Source: Alphaproteobacteria bacterium (lineage in GTDB: Bacteria > Pseudomonadota > Alphaproteobacteria > UBA828). Taken from it: a stretch of 64,000 nt of DNA. The DNA lies in contig CBDCRW010000003.1 of NCBI GenBank assembly GCA_965221125.1, positions 160,001 through 224,000 of the forward strand, read 5' to 3'. Below, in pieces: positions 38,731-48,327 of the stretch. A program made the translations under genes and the position numbers. Each line of letters begins with the position of its first letter. Within the stretch, counting starts at the first letter, position 1. The notes below the pieces were generated by a model, which saw only the letters and a list, made by a program, of their open reading frames with translations, did no database searches and was not told the origin of the DNA.

Positions 38731-39753
38731 ATGTTCCGATCTTTTTTTCTTTCCCGCGAATGGGCGCTGTGGGCCTGGGGCGGCATGGCAATCATCATTG
38801 GCGGCACCTGGTATCAGGTGCAGGTCGACGTGCAAATCAACGAGTGGTTCGGCGAATTCTACGACGGCGTCCAGAAGGCGCTGGGCGAACCCGGCAGCAT
38901 GACGATCGAAGAGTTCTACGCGCTGCTGCTGTCCTTCGGCCGCATTGCCGGCATCTACATCGTCGTCGCCGTGATGCTCAGCTTTTTCACCAAGCACTGG
39001 GTGTTCCGCTGGCGCCATGCGATGAACGACTTCTACATGGCCCGGTGGGAGCGGCTGCGTCACATCGAGGGCGCCAGCCAGCGCATTCAGGAAGACACCC
39101 GCCGCTTCGCCATTATCATGGAGTCGCTCGGCAGCCGCCTGCTCGATTCCGTCATGACGCTGATCGCCTTCCTGCCGATTCTCTGGCAGCTCTCGAAGTC
39201 GATCAAGGTGGTTCCGGTGATCGGCGAGCTGGACCACGCGCTGGTCTACGCCGCCATCATCTTCGCGCTGTTCGGCACGGCCGTGCTGGCGGTGGTCGGC
39301 ATCAGGCTTCCGGGACTGGAGTTCAACAACCAGGTGGTGGAGGCCGCTTATAGAAAGGAACTCGTGTACGGCGAGGACCACGAAGAACGCGCCGATCCGC
39401 CGACCGTGCGGGAGTTGTTTTTCAACGTCCGCCGCAATTATTTTCGTCTGTTTTTCCACTACATGTACTTCGATATCGCGAAGTGGTCGTATCTCCAGTT
39501 CGGTGTTCTGGTGCCCTACATCGTGCTGGCGCCGACCATCGTCGCCGGCACGATCACCCTCGGCGTGATGCAGCAGATCGTCCGTGCGTTCGGACGCGTG
39601 GAGGGTTCGTTCCAGTACCTCGTGCACAGCTGGACAGTCATCGTCGAGCTGATCTCGGTCTACAAGCGGCTGCGCGCGTTCGAGGCGGCGCTCTACGACC
39701 GCGGGCCCTACGCGGAGCCCCCTCCGTGCGGCCCGTCCAGATTTGGCCGGTAA
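38731..39753 (+). CDS. SbmA/BacA-like peptide transporter
   Basis: MFRSFF, INEWFGEFYD, FRWR.AMN, IEGASQRIQEDT, NQVVEAAYRKELVYGED, ELISVYKRLRAFE. Confidence 0.9.
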   Translation: MFRSFFLSREWALWAWGGMAIIIGGTWYQVQVDVQINEWFGEFYDGVQKALGEPGSMTIEEFYALLLSFGRIAGIYIVVAVMLSFFTKHWVFRWRHAMNDFYMARWERLRHIEGASQRIQEDTRRFAIIMESLGSRLLDSVMTLIAFLPILWQLSKSIKVVPVIGELDHALVYAAIIFALFGTAVLAVVGIRLPGLEFNNQVVEAAYRKELVYGEDHEERADPPTVRELFFNVRRNYFRLFFHYMYFDIAKWSYLQFGVLVPYIVLAPTIVAGTITLGVMQQIVRAFGRVEGSFQYLVHSWTVIVELISVYKRLRAFEAALYDRGPYAEPPPCGPSRFGR

Positions 39754-39756
39754 TCC

Positions 39757-40653
39757 TCAATCGAACACGGGCGTGCCGTGGGCGCCCGATTCCCGCATCG
39801 CCCAGTAGAGCTTGTCGAGCCGGTCGGTAACGGGACCGGGGCAGGGCTGCGGCAGCCGTCGGCCGGCGATCTCGCGCACCGCGAGCGCGCCGCCGGCAGT
39901 GCTGCACGTGAAGACCTCGTCGGCCGCGTAGAGGTCGAAGGCGGTCAAATCGCATTCGACGAGCGGCAGGCCCGCGTCCCGCGTAAGTTCCATGAAGGTC
40001 TGGCGCGTGATGCCGCGCAGCACGTTGCGGCCGGGCGTGCGCACCACGCCGTCCTTGACCGCAAAGATGTTCGACGCCGGCCCCTCGCAGGCGTAGCCCG
40101 CCTGGTCGAGCCAGATCACGTCGTCGTACCCCGCTTCCAGCGCCTCCAACCGCGCCATCTGCGAGTGCAGCCGGTCGAGGCACTTGTAGCGGGCATCGAG
40201 CGTATCGGGCGAGAACGCCCGCAGATGGGTGATGTGCAGGCGAATGCCTGAGCGCCGCGTCGCCTCGTCGGCGAGGAAGATGTAGGGCGCGGCCCAGACG
40301 ACGCGCGTGGGCTCGAAGTCGCGCGGGTCGGCGACGACGGCGTTGGGCGCGCCGCGGGTCACGATGAAGCGGATGCTGGCGTCGCGCAGCCCGTTGCGCC
40401 GGCAGGTCTGGACGATCGCGGCACGCCAGTTGTCGCGGGTCATCGCGGTTTCCAGGCGCGTCGCGCGCAGCGAATCGAAGAAGCGATCGATGTGCTGATC
40501 GAGCTTGAAGATCGAGCCGCGCCAGGCCGAGACCACGTCGAAGACGCCATCGCCGAGGAGAAACCCCTGGTCGAGCACAGAGACCTTGGCCTCGCCGAGC
40601 GGCACGAAGTCGCCGTTGAGGTAGACGATGGGCTCGTTGGGTGTCTCTGCCAT
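39757..40653 (-). CDS. Fold-type IV PLP aminotransferase
   Basis: YLNGDFV, LDQGFLLGDGVFD, catalytic Lys in RYKC, EGPASNIF, LRGITR, ADEVF. Confidence 0.9.
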   Translation of the reverse strand: MAETPNEPIVYLNGDFVPLGEAKVSVLDQGFLLGDGVFDVVSAWRGSIFKLDQHIDRFFDSLRATRLETAMTRDNWRAAIVQTCRRNGLRDASIRFIVTRGAPNAVVADPRDFEPTRVVWAAPYIFLADEATRRSGIRLHITHLRAFSPDTLDARYKCLDRLHSQMARLEALEAGYDDVIWLDQAGYACEGPASNIFAVKDGVVRTPGRNVLRGITRQTFMELTRDAGLPLVECDLTAFDLYAADEVFTCSTAGGALAVREIAGRRLPQPCPGPVTDRLDKLYWAMRESGAHGTPVFD

Positions 40654-40963
40654 TCCGCATGCTCCGCAACCGGCAACGTGGGTCGGCGACGGCACCGCTC
40701 GCGTTCGCCGTCACGGGCCGAAGTCTGCCCGGCCCGGAGGCGCTTCGCAAACGGCGACCATGCCCGAGCGTCGCTCATTCTATGCCTCGGCGGACATGCC
40801 CCGTTGCAACGATCCCGCGCGCCACCCAACTCAGGACGACCGGGATGCGCCGCGAGCTTCGGTCCCCGGCGTATCGACCGCCAGGAGCAACGGGGGTTGC
40901 GTGCTGTCGATGTCTGCAGTCGAGCGTGCGCGAAACGCCCCCCATCGGAAGGAGAAACCGGAC

Positions 40964-41497
40964 ATGAGATATCTCTTGGGTCTTTCGGCAATCGCCGCGG
41001 CCGTCGGCCTGATGGCCAACGCGAGCATTGCCTCCGAGCACATGCCCTACGAGGTCACGGTGACGAACAACATGGAGGAAGAACTCTTGGCGCCGGTGCT
41101 GGTCGCGCCGGTGTCGGAAGACGGCAAGATCTTCGTCGACCGCTATGTCTCGAAGGAAGCCGAGCACCAGATCCTCACCGGCGACCCCGCGATGCTGGTG
41201 GAGGTCATCGGCGACGAAGCCTCGGTCGGGCACGGCATGGATGGCCCGCCCGGCGTGCTTCTGGCCCCGGGCAAGTCGATCACCTTCGCGGTGAAGAGCC
41301 ACGCGCCGGAGGTCCGCGTTCTGGCGATGGTGGCCCCCACCATGTTCGAGGACCATTACGTGACGGCGGTGCTCCCTCTGAACGGCGAGTCCATGGCGGT
41401 CGATCTCGACCGCTTCGACATCGGCTACGATGAGGGTCGCAAGACCATCGAGCCCGTCGCCGAAGCGGTTGCGACCGTGCGGATCAACGCCTACTGA
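40964..41497 (+). CDS. Secreted protein, Spondin_N-like domain
   Basis: AAGGAG RBS, signal peptide, YEVTVTN...APVLVA, LAPGKSITF, LAMVAPT, FDIGYDE resemble bacterial spondin-domain motifs. Confidence 0.6.
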   Translation: MRYLLGLSAIAAAVGLMANASIASEHMPYEVTVTNNMEEELLAPVLVAPVSEDGKIFVDRYVSKEAEHQILTGDPAMLVEVIGDEASVGHGMDGPPGVLLAPGKSITFAVKSHAPEVRVLAMVAPTMFEDHYVTAVLPLNGESMAVDLDRFDIGYDEGRKTIEPVAEAVATVRINAY

Positions 41498-41564
41498 CGC
41501 AGGCGAGCGTTCCCTGGGCGCCGGCGGGCGGGAAACCTGCCTGCCGGCGCCGCTCGTTTGCGTC
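41497..41564 (+). terminator. Long hairpin after the spondin-like gene
   Basis: GACGCAGGCGAGCG...CGCTCGTTTGCGTC outer stem with inner GGCGCCGGCGGGC/GCCTGCCGGCGCC stem; weak U tract. Confidence 0.45.
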
Positions 41565-41613
41565 GTCGCTAACAATGGTTAATCGTGCGGCGGCGGGGTG
41601 GCAGGAGCAAGGC

Positions 41614-42087
41614 ATGACGGGAGAGCACACTTACGCGGCGACGGTGACCTGGACCGGGAACCTCGGCGCCGGCACGGCAGGCTACAAGGCATACACGCGC
41701 GACCACGACATCGCGTGCCCCGGCAAGCCCGTGATCCGTGGCTCGGCCGACCCGGCCTATCGCGGCGATGCGACCCGGCTCAATCCTGAGGACATGCTGG
41801 TGGCGGCGCTCTCCGCCTGTCACATGCTCTGGTACCTGCACCTCTGCTCCGCCGCCGGCGTGGTCGTGACCGCGTATGAAGACGAGGCCGAGGGCGTCAT
41901 GCAGACCCACCCGCCCGAGGGCGCCGGCGAGTTCACCGGGGTGACCCTCAGACCCCGCGTGACGATCACGGCCGAGAGCGATGCCGAGACGGCAGAACGC
42001 CTGCACGAGACGGCCAACGCCAACTGCTTCGTCGCGCGTTCGGTCAGCTTTCCCGTGGATCACCGACCGACGATCGTGAAAGCGTAA
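41614..42087 (+). CDS. OsmC family protein
   Basis: WTGN, GSADPAYRGD, NPEDMLVAALSACHMLWYL, CFVARSV. Confidence 0.9.
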   Translation: MTGEHTYAATVTWTGNLGAGTAGYKAYTRDHDIACPGKPVIRGSADPAYRGDATRLNPEDMLVAALSACHMLWYLHLCSAAGVVVTAYEDEAEGVMQTHPPEGAGEFTGVTLRPRVTITAESDAETAERLHETANANCFVARSVSFPVDHRPTIVKA

Positions 42088-42111
42088 GTCCGGCCAAGGG
42101 CGATCAGTGGA

Positions 42112-43365
42112 TCACCTCACCTGGACCTTGACGCCGGGTCCGATCTCGGGGAAGCGGGTGGTGGCGACGCGCTCGCCGTCGGCGATCCCGCCCGAGACCA
42201 CCACGTCGTTGCCGACGCGCGCCAGCAGCGCCACAGGGCGGGGCTCGAGCCGGCCCTCGACCACGGCGTAGACCGTATCGCCCCCTACCAGCGCCGTCTC
42301 CGGCAGACGCGCCGCGGCCCGGTACACACGGTCCGGGATGCGAACCTCGACGAAGGCGCCGGGGCGAAGCGGCACGCGCGCGCCCGCATCCTCGATCCGC
42401 GCATAGACCCGCACCCCGCCGCTCGCCGCGTCCACCTCTCCGTCGGCCCGCTGGATCACCGCGCGGAAGGGGAAGTTGCGCTCGCCCGCCCGCCACGTCA
42501 CCTCCACGGGCCGCCCGCGCAGACCGGCGGGAGAGGAGACGAGCCGGCCATAGTCCCCGTCGCTCAGCTGGATGCGGATGTCGAGGCGCGCCTGGTCCAG
42601 CAGGCGCACGACGCGGTCGTTCACGCCGAGCCGCTTGCCGAGCGCCGCCGAGACATCCGTGAGATAGCCGTCGAAGGGCGCGATCAGCCGCGTGTTCTCA
42701 AGGTCGCGCTCCGCCCGCTCCAGCGCCACCCTGCTCCGCGCGATCACCGCATCCTGGCGCGCAAGCCGCGCCCGCAGACCCGCCGCACGCCGCTCCGTCG
42801 CCGCCACCGCCCGCGCCCGCTCGCTGCGCCGAACCAGGGCATCGTCGACCGTCTTCTGGGCCGCCGTCCCCTTGGCGAGAAGCGCCTCGCGCCGCGCAAG
42901 CTCGCGCTCCGCCAGCGCAAGCTGGGTGCGGTCCTCCGCCAGGCCCGACTCCTCCGCCCCGAGCTCGGCCCCGGTCTCCGCCAGCTGCGCCCGCGCCTCC
43001 GCGAGCGCTGCCTCCGCCTCCGTCACCGCAGCGCGGTACTCGAAGGGGTCGATCTCCACCAGCAAGTCGCCGGCGCGGACCGTGCCGCCGTTCACGAAGT
43101 TCTCACCCACCGCCACGACCGGGCCCGCCACCAGCGCGCGCAACTCCACGTCGCGCTGCGCCACCACCTCGCCGTAGGCCGAGATGGAGGGCTGGACGTC
43201 CAGGATCGCCACCGTCGCCGCGGCGATGGGCCGCGCGCGTTCCTCGAACCCGGTGCGCTCGATTTCCGGCTTCGTCGCCCGCAGGTAGCCGACCGCCAGC
43301 ACCGCGCACACCAGCGTCAGCAGCGGAAGCGCGATCTTCAGAAAGCGATAGCGGCGACGGGCCAA
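42112..43365 (-). CDS. RND efflux periplasmic adaptor (MFP)
   Basis: N-terminal TM, GDLLVEIDP, long coiled coil, LIAPFDG, LRPGAFV; TTG start with GGAGGAG RBS. Confidence 0.9.
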   Translation of the reverse strand: MARRRYRFLKIALPLLTLVCAVLAVGYLRATKPEIERTGFEERARPIAAATVAILDVQPSISAYGEVVAQRDVELRALVAGPVVAVGENFVNGGTVRAGDLLVEIDPFEYRAAVTEAEAALAEARAQLAETGAELGAEESGLAEDRTQLALAERELARREALLAKGTAAQKTVDDALVRRSERARAVAATERRAAGLRARLARQDAVIARSRVALERAERDLENTRLIAPFDGYLTDVSAALGKRLGVNDRVVRLLDQARLDIRIQLSDGDYGRLVSSPAGLRGRPVEVTWRAGERNFPFRAVIQRADGEVDAASGGVRVYARIEDAGARVPLRPGAFVEVRIPDRVYRAAARLPETALVGGDTVYAVVEGRLEPRPVALLARVGNDVVVSGGIADGERVATTRFPEIGPGVKVQVR

Positions 43366-43548
43366 GGGCTAACCGGCTCCTCCGGTCATTCGGGGCGGCG
43401 GAAAAGGCCGCGCGCGGTCTCAACTCCCGCGACTGCAATTCTACACCTGTTACGGGCGCGACCGCGAAATTTCGCGTGTCCCACGCGGCGGCCTGCGCGA
43501 CCTCCGGCGATGCGACGGCGCCCGGCCCCGCGCCGGACTCGATCGGGA

Positions 43549-46500
43549 TTATTCCCGGCGGCCCTCGGCAATCATGACCAATGCCGGCAGGACGAACAGG
43601 ATGCCCAACGTGGCAGCCACGAGGCCGCCCAGCATGCTGACCACGAACGGCACGAAGACGATCAGCGAGTCGCTGCGCTCGTACAGGAGCGGCGAGAGCC
43701 CCAGCACGGTGGTCAGGCTCGTCAGGAACACTGCCCGGAAGCGCTGCCGGGCTGCCGCCGAGGCTGCGGCGATGGCGGGAATCATCTCGTTGTCCCGCCG
43801 GATCCTGTTGTAGCGATCCAACAGCACCAGCGCGTCGTTCACGACCACGCCGCCGACGGCGATCATGCCGAAGAGCGACATGGTGGTCAGATCCCACCCG
43901 AGGATCCAGTGGCTCACGATCGCGCCTGCGAAGGCGATGGGAATCCCCACCACCGCAACGAGGGGCTTCCAGTAGCTGCGCAGGAAGGCCGCGATCAGCG
44001 CATAGATCGCGATCAGCACGATGGGGACCAGGATCCCCAGCGTCCCGAGCAGGTCGCTCTCGTCCCTGGCGCCCGCCTCGGTCTCGACCGCGAGGCCCGG
44101 ATACTTTGCAAGAAGGTCGGGAATGACCTGCTCGTGGATGTCACGCCGCGCCTGAATGGGGGTGATCACGGCAACGTCCGCGCGCGCGTTGACGCGCACG
44201 GCGCGCTTGCCGTCGATCCGCGTCAGCGTCGCCGGCTCGCGCTTCTCGGTGATGCGGGCCACCACCGAGAGCGGCACTTCGCCGCCGCCGGGCCGATGAA
44301 TCCGCTCGCCGGCCAGGTCGCTGAGACTGCTGCGATGCTCGGCCGGATACCTGACGACGACCCTGATCTCCTCGCGGCCCCGCTGGATACGCTGGACCTC
44401 CGCGCCGTGGAAGGCGGCGCGCAGCTGCCCGCCCACGAGCGCGGGCGTCAGTCCGGCGGCCTTTCCGGCCGGCGTCAGCTCGACCTCGAAGGTCCGCTTG
44501 CCCAGCGCCAGGTCGTCCGAGACCCCGTAGATCCCCGGCACGGCCGCCATCGCCGCTCTCAGCTCGGCGGCGGCATCCCGCAATCTCTCCGGGTCCTCGT
44601 GCTTGAGCGCGTAGGAGACGCTCGGCCTTGCTTCGATGCGCCTGGAGCGGAACTCGGCCTTCTCCAGGTTCAGCACGGGGCCGATGGCCCGGCGCCACGC
44701 CCGCTCGATTTCCGCCGGGCTCGCCGTGCGCTCGGGCCGGTCGTTGAGATGCAGGCGCACCGATGCGAGATGGCTGCTGTTCAGCCTCTCCTTGATCGGC
44801 CGCCCGGTCTCAATGTTGCCGATGATCATGCTCACCGCATCGATGGACGAGCCGTCCAACGCGTCGTCGATGCCGTGCGCCGAGTCCACGAATTGCTGGG
44901 CCGCGGCGAGCGTCTCTTCGAACGGCGTCCCGGCCGGGAGGTAGATGTCCGCCTGAACGTGGTCGGTGCTGCTCAGGTTTTCGTCCATGAGGACGATCCG
45001 CACCGTGTCGGTACCGATGAGCAGCACGGCGACAACCAGAGCGAGGATGCCGCCGGCGATGGAGAGCCAGACGTTGCGCACCGCCCATGCGGCCGCAGGC
45101 GCCACGACCCTGTCCCGCACCTCGTCCAGCCATCCGCCCATCTGGCTCTGCACGTCGCTCAGCGGCGAAAGGCTCCAGCGCCGCCCGTGCGACAGATGGG
45201 CCGGCAGAATGAAGAACGCGGCGGCGAGCGAAACCAGCAGGACGAAGATCGCGACATAGGGGAACACGTTCACGATCTGATAGGCGGGCGACGTGACGAA
45301 GAGAAACGGCAGGAAGGCCAGGATCGTCGTGATGGCGCCGATAACCAGCGGCCCCACCATGGCCCGCGCGCCGGATATCGCCGCATCGAGCGCGTTCTTC
45401 CCCCTCTCGCGCTCCGCCGCGATGCTTTCCCCCACCACAACCGAGTCATCGACCACGATGCCGACCAGGAGGAAGAAGCCGAAGAGCGTGCCGAGATTCA
45501 GGGTCAGGTCCGCGACATCGAAGAACAGCAGGGCGCCCACGAACGAGAGCGGAATGCCGACGGTCATCCAGAATGCGGTGCGCAGCTCGAAGACGAGAAC
45601 GAGGCTGATGAATACCAGAACGATGCCGATCGCCCCGTTCTTCACGATCTCCAGCAAGCGGTGGAAGATGGGGCCCGCCGCATCGTTCCAGACGCTGACG
45701 CTCGCACCGTCGGGCGGGACATAGTTCGCAAGCAGGTCCCTGATATCGTCGGCCATGTGGACGACCGATTGCTGGTCAGTCGCGTTGACGCGAACGAGCA
45801 CCGCCGGCTGGCCGTTGACTTCGGTGATCACCTGCTCGTCGACGAACCCGTCGCGGATCGTCGCGACGTCGCCGAGCGTCACGATCGTGCCGCCGAGGTT
45901 GGTGGTGAGCGGAATGTCCCCAAAATCCTGCCCGACGCTCCTCTTGGCGACGGTCTGCAGGATCACGCTGCCGGAGTCCGTCTCGATCTCGCCCATGGTG
46001 AGGTTGACCGACGCCCGCCTCACCGTCGCGGACACCGCGGCGATTGAGAGCCTGTGACGACGCAGCTCCTCCTCGTTCAACTCTATGGTGATCTCGCGGT
46101 CGCGGGTGCCCTTGAGGGACACCAGGGACACGGAAGGCAACGCCAGCACCCGGTCGCGCAGATCCTCCGCCGCGAGGCGCAAGCCGTTCTCCGAAAGGGA
46201 GGCCGACGTGACGGCCAGCGTCATGACCTCGTGGGCGAGCTTGAAAAGCACGACCTCCGGCTGTTCCGCCCTGACCGGCGGAAAGTTCTCGATGCTGTCG
46301 ACCGCGCTCTGGATGTCGTTGAAGACCGCGTCGGCGTCGGCGAAGGTCGCCATCTCCGCCGTGACCCGGCCGATGCTCTGGCTTGCGGTCGCCACCACGC
46401 GCTCGACGCCCGACAGTCCGACGATGCTCTCCTCGATGCGCCGGTTGATGTCCTCCTCGACCTCCTGGGGCGATGCGCCGGGGTACAGCACCGAGACGGC

Positions 46501-46704
46501 GACCTGCCGCGCCTCGATGTCGGGATAGTACTGGACGATGAGCTGCAGTCCGGAGAGCACGCCGCCCACGATCAGCAGGATCATCAGCAGGTTGGCGGCG
46601 ACGGGATTGTCCGCGAAGTAGGCGATCAGCCCCGACTTGAGGCCGGTCGGGCCAGGCTGTGCGGCGGGTGTGGCGTCGCTGCCGCCGGCGTCGGTCATGC
46701 TCAT
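43549..46704 (-). CDS. RND efflux permease (AcrB/AcrD/AcrF family)
   Basis: NPVAANLLM, YPGASPQEVEE, GIVVDDSVVVGE, VVNDALV, RFRAVFLTSLTT. Confidence 0.93.
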   Translation of the reverse strand: MSMTDAGGSDATPAAQPGPTGLKSGLIAYFADNPVAANLLMILLIVGGVLSGLQLIVQYYPDIEARQVAVSVLYPGASPQEVEEDINRRIEESIVGLSGVERVVATASQSIGRVTAEMATFADADAVFNDIQSAVDSIENFPPVRAEQPEVVLFKLAHEVMTLAVTSASLSENGLRLAAEDLRDRVLALPSVSLVSLKGTRDREITIELNEEELRRHRLSIAAVSATVRRASVNLTMGEIETDSGSVILQTVAKRSVGQDFGDIPLTTNLGGTIVTLGDVATIRDGFVDEQVITEVNGQPAVLVRVNATDQQSVVHMADDIRDLLANYVPPDGASVSVWNDAAGPIFHRLLEIVKNGAIGIVLVFISLVLVFELRTAFWMTVGIPLSFVGALLFFDVADLTLNLGTLFGFFLLVGIVVDDSVVVGESIAAERERGKNALDAAISGARAMVGPLVIGAITTILAFLPFLFVTSPAYQIVNVFPYVAIFVLLVSLAAAFFILPAHLSHGRRWSLSPLSDVQSQMGGWLDEVRDRVVAPAAAWAVRNVWLSIAGGILALVVAVLLIGTDTVRIVLMDENLSSTDHVQADIYLPAGTPFEETLAAAQQFVDSAHGIDDALDGSSIDAVSMIIGNIETGRPIKERLNSSHLASVRLHLNDRPERTASPAEIERAWRRAIGPVLNLEKAEFRSRRIEARPSVSYALKHEDPERLRDAAAELRAAMAAVPGIYGVSDDLALGKRTFEVELTPAGKAAGLTPALVGGQLRAAFHGAEVQRIQRGREEIRVVVRYPAEHRSSLSDLAGERIHRPGGGEVPLSVVARITEKREPATLTRIDGKRAVRVNARADVAVITPIQARRDIHEQVIPDLLAKYPGLAVETEAGARDESDLLGTLGILVPIVLIAIYALIAAFLRSYWKPLVAVVGIPIAFAGAIVSHWILGWDLTTMSLFGMIAVGGVVVNDALVLLDRYNRIRRDNEMIPAIAAASAAARQRFRAVFLTSLTTVLGLSPLLYERSDSLIVFVPFVVSMLGGLVAATLGILFVLPALVMIAEGRRE

Positions 46705-46716
46705 CGCCCGGCTCCG

Positions 46717-47901
46717 CTATTCCGACGCCTGCGCATCGCTGACCTCGACGGCCAATCCCTCTCGTGCGCCCGGCAAGGTGCCGACGACGACGCCGTCTCC
46801 CACGTCGAACGCCTCCACCACCAGGCCGCCGTCGGCGTATCCCAGCGCGCGCGGCTGGACGGCCTTCAGTGCGCCGCCGTCGACGATCCAGACGCCGCCC
46901 CGATCCCGCACCGCCGCTTCCGGCAGGACGAACACGTTGTCGTGCACGGGCCCTGCGATCGAAACCTCCGCGAACATGCCGGGCAGCGGCAGCGAGTCCC
47001 GTGCCTCGCCATCCGCAAAGTCCAGGAACAGCGTCGCCATGCGCGTCTTGGGGGCGATGATCGCGGACGTTCGCACCACAGTCGCCGCGTAGGTCGCGGA
47101 TGACGTGCGAATCGTCGCGGAACGGCCGATGGCCGGCGCGAGATGGGCCAGGTCATCCTGCTGGATCGGCGCCCTCACCTGGAGTGCAGCGGTCCGATAT
47201 ACGGAGCCCAGCCCTGCGTCCGGTCCAACGATGTCCGGAGGGCCGACGAATTCACCGATCTCGAGGTCCGTCTTGATCACGCGGCCGTCGTAGGGGAGCG
47301 AGATGTTCGTCCGTTCGAGCCGGAGCGCCGCCAGCTTCAGGGCAGCCTGCGCGCTCGCCAGCGCGGCCTCCGCCTTCGCGATCCAGTGCGTGCCGCGAAT
47401 CCGGCCGGGAACCTCCGCATCCGGATTGTCGCGCACGAACGCTCTTTCCTTCTCCTCCGCTCTTGCGCGCGCGGCCTCGAGACGGGCCTCGGCGTGCCTG
47501 ACCGCCACCTCCGCCGCTTCGACTTCAAGCTCGTATTCGGTCGGGTCGATCCTGATGAACGGCTCGTTCGCGGCGACCGACCCGCCGTTCCTGAACGTGG
47601 GCGAGATCCAGGCCACGCGGCCGGCGACCTCGGACGTGACCCTGGCCTTGCCCATCAGCGTCACGCCGCCCGTCACGTCGACCGTCAGCGCGTGCTCGCC
47701 CGCCGCAGGCTTTATCGTCTTGACGGTTGGCTTGGCCTGCTCGAGCGCCACGTCGGAGATGGGATCGCGCTCCACCCGGCTCGGCGCCTGCGCGAAGTAC
47801 AAGGCGACCCCGATGGCAGCCAATATCAGGACCAGCTGCGCGTAGCCCATCCACCTGGGACGGCCGGATCTACCGTGGGGCTCTGTCGTTTCCTGTGCCA
47901 T
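46717..47901 (-). CDS. RND efflux periplasmic adaptor (MFP)
   Basis: TM anchor, EVAGRV, RIDP, LERTNISLPYDG, PGMFAEV. Confidence 0.9.
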   Translation of the reverse strand: MAQETTEPHGRSGRPRWMGYAQLVLILAAIGVALYFAQAPSRVERDPISDVALEQAKPTVKTIKPAAGEHALTVDVTGGVTLMGKARVTSEVAGRVAWISPTFRNGGSVAANEPFIRIDPTEYELEVEAAEVAVRHAEARLEAARARAEEKERAFVRDNPDAEVPGRIRGTHWIAKAEAALASAQAALKLAALRLERTNISLPYDGRVIKTDLEIGEFVGPPDIVGPDAGLGSVYRTAALQVRAPIQQDDLAHLAPAIGRSATIRTSSATYAATVVRTSAIIAPKTRMATLFLDFADGEARDSLPLPGMFAEVSIAGPVHDNVFVLPEAAVRDRGGVWIVDGGALKAVQPRALGYADGGLVVEAFDVGDGVVVGTLPGAREGLAVEVSDAQASE

Positions 47902-48327
47902 CGCTCATTCCGAGTCCGTGTGACGGGTCTCCAAACCTTCTCGACAGCGCCGAGCGCACGGCCAGGCGGCGCAGGGCGCTGTCGCCCATCCCGATCCTCT
48001 CGCAGTCGACCGGGGATCGCGCGCGTCGTGGGAAGAGACACCCCGTTGCCCTCGCGTCTGGCAACGGTTTGGCCGCCCGTGAGCGCTCCGCAGAGTCAGG
48101 TGGACCTCGGCATCCTCCCAGTCTCCATCGCGACTCCCTGTCAGTCGAACGGGACGGCTTATCGCGTCTTCGTGCCGCGAATACGCTGACATTCCACGGT
48201 GCCAGGTGTCAACTCGATTGCCGCGGTTCGGCCTGCGTCACGGACAGCCCGGCAGCGATTCGGCAGCCGCGCCCCCAGCGCGCTATGATTCGGCCGCGGC
48301 GCGATGAAGAAGCGGAGGGAAATTCCG

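Noticed and set aside
47905-48192. 95-aa minus-strand ORF upstream of the RND adaptor
   Set aside because: No recognisable motif or clear RBS; treated as non-coding
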